Positions 18,740-28,259 are shown, numbered from the stretch's first letter. The stretch is 46,114 bases of DNA from Candidatus Sulfurovum profundilacunae (GCA_047689495.1 JBEWPY010000001.1:1-46114); one strand, 5' to 3'. Program-made: numbers and translations. The notes: generated from the letters alone by a model not told the origin.

Positions 18740-18765
18740 GTCGGGGTGAGGACACCCCGACCTAC
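18740..18765 (-). repeat. GTAG-tagged REP
   Basis: Minus strand GTAG-GTCGGGGTG-TCCT-CACCCCGAC; near-identical copy at 30422-30447. Confidence 0.85.
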
Positions 18766-18832
18766 ATTTATCAAAGCATTTTAATAAATGCTTACCAAAC
18801 CTGCTCACTGCTTCCTACTTACTCTCTATTTT

Positions 18833-19819
18833 CTATTTCCTGAAGTGTACCATCTTGAAGCGGTCACCCATCATCGTCGGTGCAATGAGCGTCTTGATCT
18901 TGTCTGCCTCTCTGGCATATACAGATTTATCTGCCTGTTTTGAAAACATTTCCAGGAGATCGATCAATCCAAAACGTATCAATGCCCTGGCCTGTGTTTC
19001 ATACTCTATCTCTTTAAACCCGGCATCCTGAAAAGCCTCAATCACATGTCCGAAGTTTACATCATAGGTGATATCGTCTTTTTGAAAAGAGTCGGCAAGG
19101 ACCAGTGCTTCATCAAAAAGCGGGAAAGTTTCATGTTCGCGGTAAACACGGATTGAGAAGTCGTTTCTGACATATTTTTCACCATAGTCAAAGCTGACAA
19201 AGTCACACTGCCTGATCCCTCCGGCCATCGCTTTTGCAAAGGCTTCATACCCCACGGCAATCTCGCCTTTCGCAAGATAGTGTTTTTTTGCCCACTGAAG
19301 TGTTTCCTCCGATGCTTTTTCCCAACTGATTTGATGCTCATTCACGGTGGCAACCTTTTCATCTTTGAACAGTTCACAGGGAAAGGCATCGAAGATTTCA
19401 TTCGCCACGACAAAGGCGTAGTCCACTTCAACTTCGGAGATATCATCAAAATGCGTGATCTCTATATCCTCGCCAAAACGCTCTTTGATATATGCCAGTT
19501 GTGCTTTCTGTACTTCCGGCTGACGTTCAACGATACCAAACTTGAGTGTTTTGATCAGCGTCGGATCACAGGTATAGAGCCATTGGATCATATCACAGAT
19601 CAGGTAACCCTGATGCGCCCCTATCTCTATCAGCCATCCGTTTCTCTCCGCCTTTCCTTCACTCAATAATTTGAAAAAGTGATTGGCGATACTCGCTCCA
19701 AAAAATCTGCTGGTACTTACAGCCGTATAAAAATCTCCGCTTTTGCCTATTGCCTTAAATTTTTTATAGTAGCCGTCCTTTCCATATAGCCATTCATACA
19801 TATACTCACTAAAGTACAT
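18833..19819 (-). CDS. SAM-dependent methyltransferase, MidA/NDUFAF7 family
   Basis: 'FSEYM...GYY', 'GDFYTA', 'IEIGA..G', 'ANEIFDAFP', 'DYG', 'DITYDVNF'; start at ATG 19819. Confidence 0.9.
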   Translation of the reverse strand: MYFSEYMYEWLYGKDGYYKKFKAIGKSGDFYTAVSTSRFFGASIANHFFKLLSEGKAERNGWLIEIGAHQGYLICDMIQWLYTCDPTLIKTLKFGIVERQPEVQKAQLAYIKERFGEDIEITHFDDISEVEVDYAFVVANEIFDAFPCELFKDEKVATVNEHQISWEKASEETLQWAKKHYLAKGEIAVGYEAFAKAMAGGIRQCDFVSFDYGEKYVRNDFSIRVYREHETFPLFDEALVLADSFQKDDITYDVNFGHVIEAFQDAGFKEIEYETQARALIRFGLIDLLEMFSKQADKSVYAREADKIKTLIAPTMMGDRFKMVHFRK

Positions 19820-21014
19820 TTTCCATCCTGGCATAAAGTTTCAATAACTCAATCTGTTTATCGATATGGTAAATTTTCTGGTCAAGTTTGCGAATCTTCA
19901 ATGTATTGAGCATCACTTGTGCATCCATAGTTGTTTTCTCTCCTGCATCGGCAAGATTTTTGGTTACCCTGTAAAGGCTTTGATAGACATTCACATCTTT
20001 TTTAGCCAGAGAGATCTTTCTGTCAAGGATATCAAGGTTATTTACAATCCACTGATACTCCTGATCTACCGCTTTTTCACGTTCTATGGCTTCTGTTGCC
20101 GCCTGAAGTTTCGCTACTTTGCTTGCCTCGATATCATCAAAACCATTGATATCCAACGGCATACTCACGGAAAAACCATAATTGTAGTACTCCTCTTCAT
20201 AAGCTGTCATTACCGGACTTGCATTTTCCCCGTCGATATAGGTCCCCTGAAGAGATACGGTTGGAAGATATTTCGCCCATGTGATCTTTTGGTTATGCTC
20301 TTCCTCAAGTGCCCTTAGCCTGTCTCTTTGCAGCTCCAGGTTTGCTGTTTTGTATGCCTCTTCTGTAACCAGTTTGAGGGCAGGAAGCTGCAAAGTATCC
20401 GGTTTTTTATCACTTAAGAGCATGAACTGCTGTTCAAGCGTCGACAAAGCCAGCTCCAGCTCCAGCAGCGAGGTCTCATCCTGGCTCTTTTTCAGTATCG
20501 CCTGATCAAGGAAACTGCTATCGAGTAATCCGGCATTATAACTGTCACGCTTCTGTCGGATATCGATCTTGTCATTTTTGATCTGATACTTCATTTTTTT
20601 CTGAAGCAATCTGTTTTTATGGATATTGAAAAGGATAGTTACCGCATCAGTGATCATCATGCGCTTTTGCAGCGTTATCTCAGCCCGGTTGGCTTTTCGA
20701 AGCGCCTGAGAATATTTAATCGCATAGTAAATCCCCCCGGAACGGAAGATCGGCTGATCAATACTCACCGTGAAGTTCGCACTATCCTTTGTCTCACCGC
20801 CATTGTACTGTGTACTATACGTTTTGCTGTAACGCAAATTCGTCGGGTTGATCCAGCTCTTTGAGAGTTTGTCACTCTCCAGTTCGTTGGTCTGCATCTG
20901 ATAATCAAAGATCATCGACTTGTTGGTTGAAAGGATATCGCCCAACTCATCTGCATAAGAGAGCATCGATGCTCCTATAGCCAATAACAATGTTCTCTTT
21001 ATGCTTTTTTTCAT
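19809..21014 (-). CDS. TolC family outer-membrane efflux protein
   Basis: Signal peptide; repeated 'VSIDQPIFRSGG' / 'YLPTVSL...GFSVSMPLD' strands and long helices typical of OEP repeats. Confidence 0.85.
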   Translation of the reverse strand: MKKSIKRTLLLAIGASMLSYADELGDILSTNKSMIFDYQMQTNELESDKLSKSWINPTNLRYSKTYSTQYNGGETKDSANFTVSIDQPIFRSGGIYYAIKYSQALRKANRAEITLQKRMMITDAVTILFNIHKNRLLQKKMKYQIKNDKIDIRQKRDSYNAGLLDSSFLDQAILKKSQDETSLLELELALSTLEQQFMLLSDKKPDTLQLPALKLVTEEAYKTANLELQRDRLRALEEEHNQKITWAKYLPTVSLQGTYIDGENASPVMTAYEEEYYNYGFSVSMPLDINGFDDIEASKVAKLQAATEAIEREKAVDQEYQWIVNNLDILDRKISLAKKDVNVYQSLYRVTKNLADAGEKTTMDAQVMLNTLKIRKLDQKIYHIDKQIELLKLYARMENVL

Positions 21015-22204
21015 TACGATTTAACCTCCCTGATAGCAGCTTCAAGACGCTTAAAGCCTTCATCGATCTCTGCTTTGGAGATCGTAATGCTCGGGAGAAA
21101 ACGTACCGTGTTACGTCCGGCTTTCAAGACCACGAGTCCCTCTTTCATCGCATTTTTGATCACTGCTCCCTGTATCTCGGCTGATCTTGCGCGCAGTCCT
21201 CTCATAAGCCCGATCCCTACCTCTTTTTCAAAGAGATTTTCATGTCTTTTTACAATATTCTGAAGCTTGTTTTCAAAGTATACAAGCGCTTCCCCGACTG
21301 CTCCGCTCTCATAATACTCCTCAAGAATCTCAAGCACGGCCAAGCCTGCCGCCGTGCTCAGGTAGTTACCACCAAATGTACTCCCGTGATCCCCGGCACT
21401 CAGTACCTCTTTATGTCTGGTCATCACAGCACCGATCGGTACACCGCCGCCCAGCCCCTTGGCAAGCGTGATAATATCAGGTTCGATCTCATAGAGGTTG
21501 GATGCCAGAAACTCACCGGTACGATAGACACCGGTCTGCACCTCATCGACGATCAACAGTATACCCTTTTCTTTAAGGTGTTTTGCCAGATTCTGTATCT
21601 CCTCTTTTGCAAACGGCTGCACGCCGCCCTCACCCTGAACCAGTTCGATGAGGACTGCTACCGTCTCGTCATCGATCGCTTTATAGACATCCTCTATACA
21701 CTTCTTATAACTGAATCCGGCAGGATAGGGAGAGAAGCTCGGTGAGTGAAAATTCTCCTGTCCCGTTGCCTTCACCGTCGTAATCGTACGTCCGTGAAAC
21801 GAATGCTCAAGCGTGATCACCTTGTAACGCTTGTTGTCAAACTTTGTCTCTCCGTACTTTCGCGCGATCTTTATCGCCCCTTCGTTCGCTTCGGCTCCCG
21901 AGTTTCCAAAGAATACACCCATATCATATCCGCTGAGCTCCACGATCTTCTGTGCCAGCTTTGCCTGGGGTTCGATCACCTGAAGGTTGGAGATATGGAT
22001 GATATTCTTTGCCTGATTGCAGATCGCCTCTGCCAGCTTGTCATTACTGTGTCCTACCGAATTCACCCCGATGCCCGAAGCAAAATCGATATAGTCCCTG
22101 CCGTTCTCATCATACAGCGTGGACCCCACACCTTTTACAAAGTTCGTATAATCACGTGCATAGGTTTGGAGTACATATTTTTTGTCTAATTCTTCTAAAG
22201 TCAT
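21014..22204 (-). CDS. argD: Acetylornithine aminotransferase (class III PLP)
   Basis: 'NSGAEANEGAIK', 'SFHGRT', 'VQGEGG', 'DEVQTG', 'AKGLGGG', 'HGSTFGGN'. Confidence 0.93.
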   Translation of the reverse strand: MTLEELDKKYVLQTYARDYTNFVKGVGSTLYDENGRDYIDFASGIGVNSVGHSNDKLAEAICNQAKNIIHISNLQVIEPQAKLAQKIVELSGYDMGVFFGNSGAEANEGAIKIARKYGETKFDNKRYKVITLEHSFHGRTITTVKATGQENFHSPSFSPYPAGFSYKKCIEDVYKAIDDETVAVLIELVQGEGGVQPFAKEEIQNLAKHLKEKGILLIVDEVQTGVYRTGEFLASNLYEIEPDIITLAKGLGGGVPIGAVMTRHKEVLSAGDHGSTFGGNYLSTAAGLAVLEILEEYYESGAVGEALVYFENKLQNIVKRHENLFEKEVGIGLMRGLRARSAEIQGAVIKNAMKEGLVVLKAGRNTVRFLPSITISKAEIDEGFKRLEAAIREVKS

Positions 22205-22307
22205 TTGATTTTCCGTTGCTTAAATATTGCTACTATTATAACAAAGTGATATTATACATCATCTTTCATAGCATACTCTTATAGAAAACTACAACACTCA
22301 CTATCAA

Positions 22308-23453
22308 CTATTGCACATCTTCCGAAGAGATGTCGATCCTATAACTTACATTTCTTCCAGCAGTTCCTTCCACTTGTTTGATACATCCCATTTCTAAAAG
22401 TTCAGCGATATCTCTTGATGCTGTTGTGGATGTGCTATTTGAGATACTCATGTATTTTTTTTTACTCAAATTGCCTTTGAAATTTTCTACTCCGATATCA
22501 AGTATGAAATTCAGTACTTTTATTTGTCTTGCATTGAGGCTTTTATCTCTGTATTTATCCCAAAACCTTGTTTTTAAAACAATGTGGTTGAGTTTGCTTT
22601 TTGTATCAAGCAGGGCTTTATGTAAAGTCTGCAAAAACCACTCACACCAATAGGTGACATTAAGATGATTATCCTCTTTTCTTATGTATCCCGTGCTCTT
22701 TTTCAGTGCTTTATAGTACCCCTTTCTGTCCTCATTGATTGCAGTTGACATTGAATAGAGTCTTGAAATTTTTGAGTTTTCTATTTTGGATAAAACGAGA
22801 TCTGTTATCGCTCTTGCGATCCTTCCGTTTCCATCTTCAAACGGATGTATGATGACAAACCAAAGGTGAGCGATAGACGCTTTGATCAAACTTGATTCAG
22901 CGGTATTGAACCAGTTTAAAAAGCTATCCATTTCATCTTCCAGATTTTCTCTCGGCGGTGCTTCATAGTAAACGGCTTCTCTGCCTGCATATCCGCCAAC
23001 GATTTGCATCGGATCGGGACCTCTGAAATCAGCGGTATGTATCTTATGCAAACCGCTATAGCCTTTGGGGAAAAGTGCATTGTGCCATCCAAACAATCTC
23101 TCCAGAGTTAAATCCTCTTCATAATTGGTATTGGCATCGATGAGGATCTCTACGAGATTATCAGTTTTTTCATCAAGTTTTTTACAAGCAGCCTCCTCCA
23201 GTCCAAATTTTTTGGCTATAGAAGCTTTCACGCTGTCACGATTGAGTATTTCACCTTCAATGGCAGCGGTATTCATTGCTTCATTTAAAAGTGCATCATA
23301 TTGTCTTTGAATGATATTCTCTTGATTCATTGTTTCGGTCAGGGCGATAAGGTAGCCTTGCTCAAGTGATATTTTCTGTATCAAGGCTTCTAGTCTGCTG
23401 GAATCATAGGTAAAGTTCGGATAGTCATCTTGCTGCCATATCCATTTTTTCAT
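22308..23453 (-). CDS. Fic family protein (N-terminal DUF4172-like region, C-terminal winged helix)
   Basis: Canonical motif HPFEDGNGRIAR; 'WIWQQDDYPNF' N-terminus; 'TASRDIAELLEMG' C-terminus. Confidence 0.93.
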   Translation of the reverse strand: MKKWIWQQDDYPNFTYDSSRLEALIQKISLEQGYLIALTETMNQENIIQRQYDALLNEAMNTAAIEGEILNRDSVKASIAKKFGLEEAACKKLDEKTDNLVEILIDANTNYEEDLTLERLFGWHNALFPKGYSGLHKIHTADFRGPDPMQIVGGYAGREAVYYEAPPRENLEDEMDSFLNWFNTAESSLIKASIAHLWFVIIHPFEDGNGRIARAITDLVLSKIENSKISRLYSMSTAINEDRKGYYKALKKSTGYIRKEDNHLNVTYWCEWFLQTLHKALLDTKSKLNHIVLKTRFWDKYRDKSLNARQIKVLNFILDIGVENFKGNLSKKKYMSISNSTSTTASRDIAELLEMGCIKQVEGTAGRNVSYRIDISSEDVQ

Positions 23454-23465
23454 AAAGTAGTTCCT

Positions 23466-23512
23466 TTATGGTACGATTATTTCTCCTAATCATACCATAA
23501 ACGGTATGATTA
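23466..23512. promoter_or_regulatory. Triple half-site operator-like array upstream of the fic gene
   Basis: ATGGTACGATTA (23468-23479), inverted TAATCATACCAT (23487-23498), ACGGTATGATTA (23501-23512). Confidence 0.6.
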
Positions 23513-23636
23513 ATCCAGCAAAGCATTTCTTTTTATACTATTTCTAAAATAGTCATTATCGGTTCTTAATAGCAACAGACTTCGGAAGTGAAAACTTTCA
23601 TAATCTCTGAAGCTTGCAAACAAGAGAAAAAAGCTT

Positions 23637-25421
23637 TTAAACCCTCTCCACCCTCACCTTCACTTCCTGATAACAGGCACTGTCACCCTCTTCGCTGATG
23701 ATCGATGGTGTAAGAAAGTTCAGTCCGACGGCATTACTTGTGATCACGGCACAATCCCCTCTGAGATACTCCGAGTTTTTCACTCCAAAGATATGCTCGC
23801 CGTGCTCAGAGCTTATTTTTACTTTTTCTCCATCCTGGAAACCATGCACCGGGTTAAGCTGCACCCTGTTGTCTCTCACGAACTGCGTATTGATCGACTT
23901 CTTTGACTTTGGCGAAAGAAGCCAGAGTGTTTCGTCTTTCGGCTTGTTTCTGCTCTGTTTTCTAAACTTGGTAAAACGTTTGGTATTGATAAAGTCATCT
24001 TCAAAGTCCTCGATAAACTCAAACGATTCATTCCCCTCTTCACCGAACCCTTCGCTGTATGGCAATTCCTCATAGGCAGGACTGACAAGCTCGCCGTTCT
24101 TCTCTTTGCATTGAGAGAGCCATGCATTGATATAGTATGCTTCGCTCTCCAGTCCGCTGAAACCGAACGCATCAAAAAGGTACCGGGTAAACTCATACTC
24201 ACTGATGCCGATATCAGAGTCTCTGATCTTATTCATGGGAGAAACATACTGATGTCCGTAACTGAGCCTCACATCCTCTTTTTCAAAGAATGTTCTGGCC
24301 GGGATCACAATGCGCGCCTTTTTTGATGTCTCATTCTCATACAGGCCGAAGTAGATAAGATTCTCCACGCCTTCAAGTTCTTCTCTCACCCTGTTGCTGT
24401 CGGGCATGGACTCGGCAGGATTTCCCCCCTGTACCAACACCGTATTAAAACGACTGAAAGGGGTATCTACTTTACGTACACGTTTGCAGGTTGTCTCAAA
24501 AGGATTGACAAAACCAAGCTTGCTGTCCCCCAGAAAGCTCACTCCACACCCCTCTTTTCCGAAGAGCCCAAGCACTGCTGCCAATGAATCTATCGCATGA
24601 AGCGTGTAAGAGCCTGTGGAGTACTTCTGAACCCCGGTACCGACGAGGAATACCACTTTTCTGTTACGAAGATAGTTCAATACACGCCCGAAGTCACCCA
24701 GGCTCATATCGATATGTTCCAGGATCGCCTTGATACGGTGCTCCCTGGTGTAGTCATAGAAATCCTCGAAGTCCGGGGCAAACTCTTCCATCCATGCTTT
24801 ATCTTCACTGTCTTCCATAAAGATAAAACGTGCGAACATAATCGCGACATAGTAGTCTGTACGCGGCGCGATCTGCAAAAAGATATCTGCCCTCCTGGCA
24901 ATCTCTGTACGTACCGGATCGATCACGATAAGCTTTTTTCCTTCAAGGTAAGGCATCAGGTGGGAATTGCTTACGGTAACATCTCTCCCCCAGACAACCA
25001 CTACTTCAGACATCTCTATCTGCTCAAGAGGAAGGGTTCTGTTGACACCTCTGCCCTCTTCTATCCCTGCTGCGCCTGCACCATCACAGAGACTCCCTTT
25101 GGTCAGGCTTCCCTCTATCTGTTCCATAAACAAGTCGGTAATTTCCTGCATGACGCCGACATTTCCCGAACCCCGCCACAGTAGACTTTTGTCCTCTTTG
25201 AAAGCTTCAGCTACTGCCGCCATCGCCTCTTCCATACTGACCTCTTTGCCGTCAACTCTGGGTACAGCGATACGCTCTGCATCATCCATATATTTGTTGA
25301 GTACGGCACAAAGCGCTCCATTGCCGGGAGGGTGGGTTTTATCACCCGCAATCTTTTCATTTTCAGCAATGATACGACAGGCATCATAGCAGTCAAGCCC
25401 GCATGCTGTCTTTTCAGCCAT
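23637..25421 (-). CDS. Molybdopterin (bis-PGD) oxidoreductase, uncharacterised cytoplasmic subfamily
   Basis: N-terminal Fe-S motif 'CGLDCYDAC...C', 'GSLCDGAG', 'VIDPVRT', 'NPAESMPD', 'NETSKKARIVIPA', C-terminal dinucleotide-binding domain; no Tat signal. Confidence 0.88.
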   Translation of the reverse strand: MAEKTACGLDCYDACRIIAENEKIAGDKTHPPGNGALCAVLNKYMDDAERIAVPRVDGKEVSMEEAMAAVAEAFKEDKSLLWRGSGNVGVMQEITDLFMEQIEGSLTKGSLCDGAGAAGIEEGRGVNRTLPLEQIEMSEVVVVWGRDVTVSNSHLMPYLEGKKLIVIDPVRTEIARRADIFLQIAPRTDYYVAIMFARFIFMEDSEDKAWMEEFAPDFEDFYDYTREHRIKAILEHIDMSLGDFGRVLNYLRNRKVVFLVGTGVQKYSTGSYTLHAIDSLAAVLGLFGKEGCGVSFLGDSKLGFVNPFETTCKRVRKVDTPFSRFNTVLVQGGNPAESMPDSNRVREELEGVENLIYFGLYENETSKKARIVIPARTFFEKEDVRLSYGHQYVSPMNKIRDSDIGISEYEFTRYLFDAFGFSGLESEAYYINAWLSQCKEKNGELVSPAYEELPYSEGFGEEGNESFEFIEDFEDDFINTKRFTKFRKQSRNKPKDETLWLLSPKSKKSINTQFVRDNRVQLNPVHGFQDGEKVKISSEHGEHIFGVKNSEYLRGDCAVITSNAVGLNFLTPSIISEEGDSACYQEVKVRVERV

Positions 25422-26218
25422 TACTTTAGCTCCACTTTGATGAGTTTTGAAAAAGAGTTTTTCGGGGCAGGCAGATAGATCTCCGCACGATAGGAAGAGA
25501 TGAACTTTTCATCGGCTACTCTCCATATCTTGTCGACTTTATATCCTGTCTTTATACCATCCAGATAAACCGATCTATTTTCGATCCCCTCCAGCTCTTC
25601 CGGGTCCAAATAGAGTATGAGTTTTGCCCTGCTTGCGTCATACACTGTAGCAAGCGATGATCCCGGTGCAACGAAATCACCTTTGCGCACTACCAGTTTA
25701 TAAAGATACTGATCATGAAGCACGATCGATTTTTTATCGATACTGTCTTCAAGCTGCGCGATCATATACTCCATATCGAGTATCTGTTTTTCAAGGTTGA
25801 GTACTTTCTCTTTCGTTCCCAATGCCTGTGTTTTTGCACTGGTGTAGGACGCAAAAGCGTTGTCTTTCTGTGTTTTGGAAGCTGTTGCAAGTTTGGAAAT
25901 ACGTTGATAATACTCCTGCTGTCTTTTTGCTGTCTCTTCCAAACTCTTTTGAAGATCTCTGTTGATCTCATACATCTGTCTGAAAAGTTCAAGACTTCTT
26001 TTGGAGTTTTCCAGATTTTGAATATCCAGACGGTCATCCAGGTGAATCACACGCTGATGCTTGACATTTTTCCCTTCTTGCTCCAGCGCCACGTTTACAA
26101 CCTGTGCGCTGACGGCAGACTTGATCGTAACAGTATCATAAGGTTCCAATTTTGCATAATGTACTTTTGCTACAAGCAATAACGGGGATAAAAACAGTAG
26201 TAGTAACTTCATATTCAA
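25421..26218 (-). CDS. Periplasmic adaptor (HlyD/membrane fusion protein-like)
   Basis: Signal peptide, lipoyl-like halves ('TIKSAVSAQV..V..EQEG', 'LVVRKGDFVAPGSSLATV') flanking a coiled coil. Start may be 26212. Confidence 0.8.
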   Translation of the reverse strand: MNMKLLLLFLSPLLLVAKVHYAKLEPYDTVTIKSAVSAQVVNVALEQEGKNVKHQRVIHLDDRLDIQNLENSKRSLELFRQMYEINRDLQKSLEETAKRQQEYYQRISKLATASKTQKDNAFASYTSAKTQALGTKEKVLNLEKQILDMEYMIAQLEDSIDKKSIVLHDQYLYKLVVRKGDFVAPGSSLATVYDASRAKLILYLDPEELEGIENRSVYLDGIKTGYKVDKIWRVADEKFISSYRAEIYLPAPKNSFSKLIKVELK

Positions 26219-26259
26219 TTTCTCTTTTTTAGGAGATTATAACAAAATTTGTAGAAAAA

Positions 26260-26696
26260 AAGGCACGACGTAAGCCGGGTTCTGTCTTGGGTAGCTATTT
26301 ATCTAGACACAGTGTTGCCAATGCGTTCAAGCAAAGTACTAGTGCCGATCTAACGGCTTAACAAGACTTTTACCATGTACTTCTTGCTGCGGGAAGGGTT
26401 TACCTAGCTGCCCATGTTGCCACAGGCACTGGTGGGCTCTTACCCCACCGTTTCACCCTTACCGGAAGTTAGTGAGGAGTGAGGAGTGTATGTATGCTTT
26501 TAAAAAAACTTTTATCAAAGTGGAGCCACTGCACCACCTGCTACAACTCCTAACTCCTAACTAAAACCGGCGGTCTACTCTCTGTTGCACTTGCCCTCGG
26601 ATTGCTCCGGCCATCCGTTAGATGGAGCCCTGTCTTGTATGCAGCCCGGACTTTCCTCTCGTGACGGGTGTCACCAGCAACTACCTGTCGTACCTT
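26260..26696 (-). ncRNA. rnpB: RNase P RNA, bacterial type A
   Basis: Minus strand has GAGGAAAGUCCGGGC, AGUGCAACAGAGAG, GGGUAAACCC and ACAGAACCCGGCUUAC; P1 pairing AAGGUACGAC/GUCGUGCCUU. Confidence 0.97.
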
Positions 26697-26703
26697 GGAG
26701 CGA

Positions 26704-26712
26704 ATTATAGCA
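26704..26712 (-). promoter_or_regulatory. Extended -10 promoter of rnpB
   Basis: TGCTATAAT on the minus strand, 7 nt upstream of P1. Confidence 0.7.
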
Positions 26713-26791
26713 TAAAATCAAAGCGTTATTTATCAATCTTTAAAATAATGGATAAAGTATTTCATTGATTTTGAGAAAAAAAGGTGGAAAT

Positions 26792-26818
26792 AAGCCACTC
26801 AACGAAGGAGAGTGGCTT
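26792..26818 (-). terminator. Terminator hairpin after oorC
   Basis: AAGCCACTC-n9-GAGTGGCTT just downstream of the stop codon. Confidence 0.65.
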
Positions 26819-26833
26819 TTTTAAAGAAAAAGA

Positions 26834-27388
26834 TTACGCTTTGGATTCGAGTGCGTATTTTTTTCCAAGCTCATAGGCTTTGAGGTTAAGTTCATGTACT
26901 TTTTTCGGTACCTTTGAAAGCATAGTATCGATCAGTGGCTGCTCTTCGATCGCATCCATATATTCATTTGCAATCGCCAGTGCAACAACCGACTGGGTAA
27001 TCACGTTTCCTACTTCTTCCTTCGCGATAGTAATGATAGGAATCTCAACGATATTCCATTTCTTTCTATCCTCATCATTTGGGAAAACAAGGTTTGGCTC
27101 GATCACGATCGTACCGCCTTCACGTACCCCGCTTTTAAAGAGTTGGAAACTCTTGTCTGCGACAGACAGCATAAAGTCGATCTGTCCCTCGGTCGCATAC
27201 GGATAGAAGATCTCTTTGTCATCCAACTGGATATCAACCACAGTCGGTCCGCCACGTACCTGAGAAGTATACGTCGCAGTTTTAATACCGTAACCACCTG
27301 TTTTGATCTTCGCTGCCGCGAAGATCTCACCCGCCAGAAGAACACCTTGACCACCGACACCGGTAAATCTCATTACAACTCTACTCAT
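26834..27388 (-). CDS. oorC: 2-oxoglutarate:acceptor oxidoreductase gamma subunit
   Basis: 'GVGGQGV', 'YTSQVRGGPT'; last gene of the oorDABC order. Confidence 0.93.
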   Translation of the reverse strand: MSRVVMRFTGVGGQGVLLAGEIFAAAKIKTGGYGIKTATYTSQVRGGPTVVDIQLDDKEIFYPYATEGQIDFMLSVADKSFQLFKSGVREGGTIVIEPNLVFPNDEDRKKWNIVEIPIITIAKEEVGNVITQSVVALAIANEYMDAIEEQPLIDTMLSKVPKKVHELNLKAYELGKKYALESKA

Positions 27389-27400
27389 GTTCTTCTCTCC

Positions 27401-28258
27401 TTATATTTTCTTAGCGAAATCGTCTTGTGTAATCTTGCCGCGCTTGCCTTGCTGTGCTGCTTTGATCTCTTCATACATCGTACAGTACTCTTCAGCTTCA
27501 CTGTCCTGCTTCAGGATACCTGTTGGAAGATAGTTCATCTGCTCCTCTTCGCTAAGCTGATCATACTTCTTCTTGGAGATTGTGATGCTGTCGATCCAGT
27601 CAAGGTTCTCCATCGCCGATTGCATTTTGTTCTTACGCCCGAGATTGATGTGGCAGTTAGAAAGCGCCTCTACAAAAGAGAATCCTTTATGCTTCAACGC
27701 TGATACAAATACTTTTTCAAGTTTTTTAGGCGCAGTGACGTTCTCTCTTGCTACAAATGATGCACCGGCAGCTTCAGCAAGCTTACAACCGTCAAACGTC
27801 GGGTCGATGTTACCCGCTTTTTGTGAAACGGTCCACATGCCTTTTGGTGTTGTCGGTGAAGTTTGAGAATTTGTTAGACCATAGATAAAGTTATTAATCA
27901 GTATCAAAGTCATATCAATGTTTCTTCTACATCCATGGATCGTATGGTTACCCCCGATCGCGAGTGCATCACCGTCACCTGCAACACATACAACCGTCTT
28001 ATCCGGATTTGCAAGCTTCACCCCTGTCGCAAAAGCGACAGTTCTACCGTGAGTTGTATGTACTGTATTAAAATCAATATAGGAAGAGAATCTTCCTGAA
28101 CATCCGATCCCAGAAACTACACAAACCTCATCTTTTGAGAGTCCCAGTTTGTCAACTGCTCTGATAAATGATTTTAGGATTACACCATCACCACATCCCC
28201 AACACCATAATGTTGGCATCTTTTCCAATCTTAAGTAACTATCATAATTAAATGCCAT
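27401..28258 (-). CDS. oorB: 2-oxoglutarate:acceptor oxidoreductase beta subunit
   Basis: 'WCWGCGDG', 'SGIGCSGR', TPP motif 'GDGD...NN'; start at ATG 28258. Confidence 0.94.
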   Translation of the reverse strand: MAFNYDSYLRLEKMPTLWCWGCGDGVILKSFIRAVDKLGLSKDEVCVVSGIGCSGRFSSYIDFNTVHTTHGRTVAFATGVKLANPDKTVVCVAGDGDALAIGGNHTIHGCRRNIDMTLILINNFIYGLTNSQTSPTTPKGMWTVSQKAGNIDPTFDGCKLAEAAGASFVARENVTAPKKLEKVFVSALKHKGFSFVEALSNCHINLGRKNKMQSAMENLDWIDSITISKKKYDQLSEEEQMNYLPTGILKQDSEAEEYCTMYEEIKAAQQGKRGKITQDDFAKKI

Positions 28259-28259
28259 C

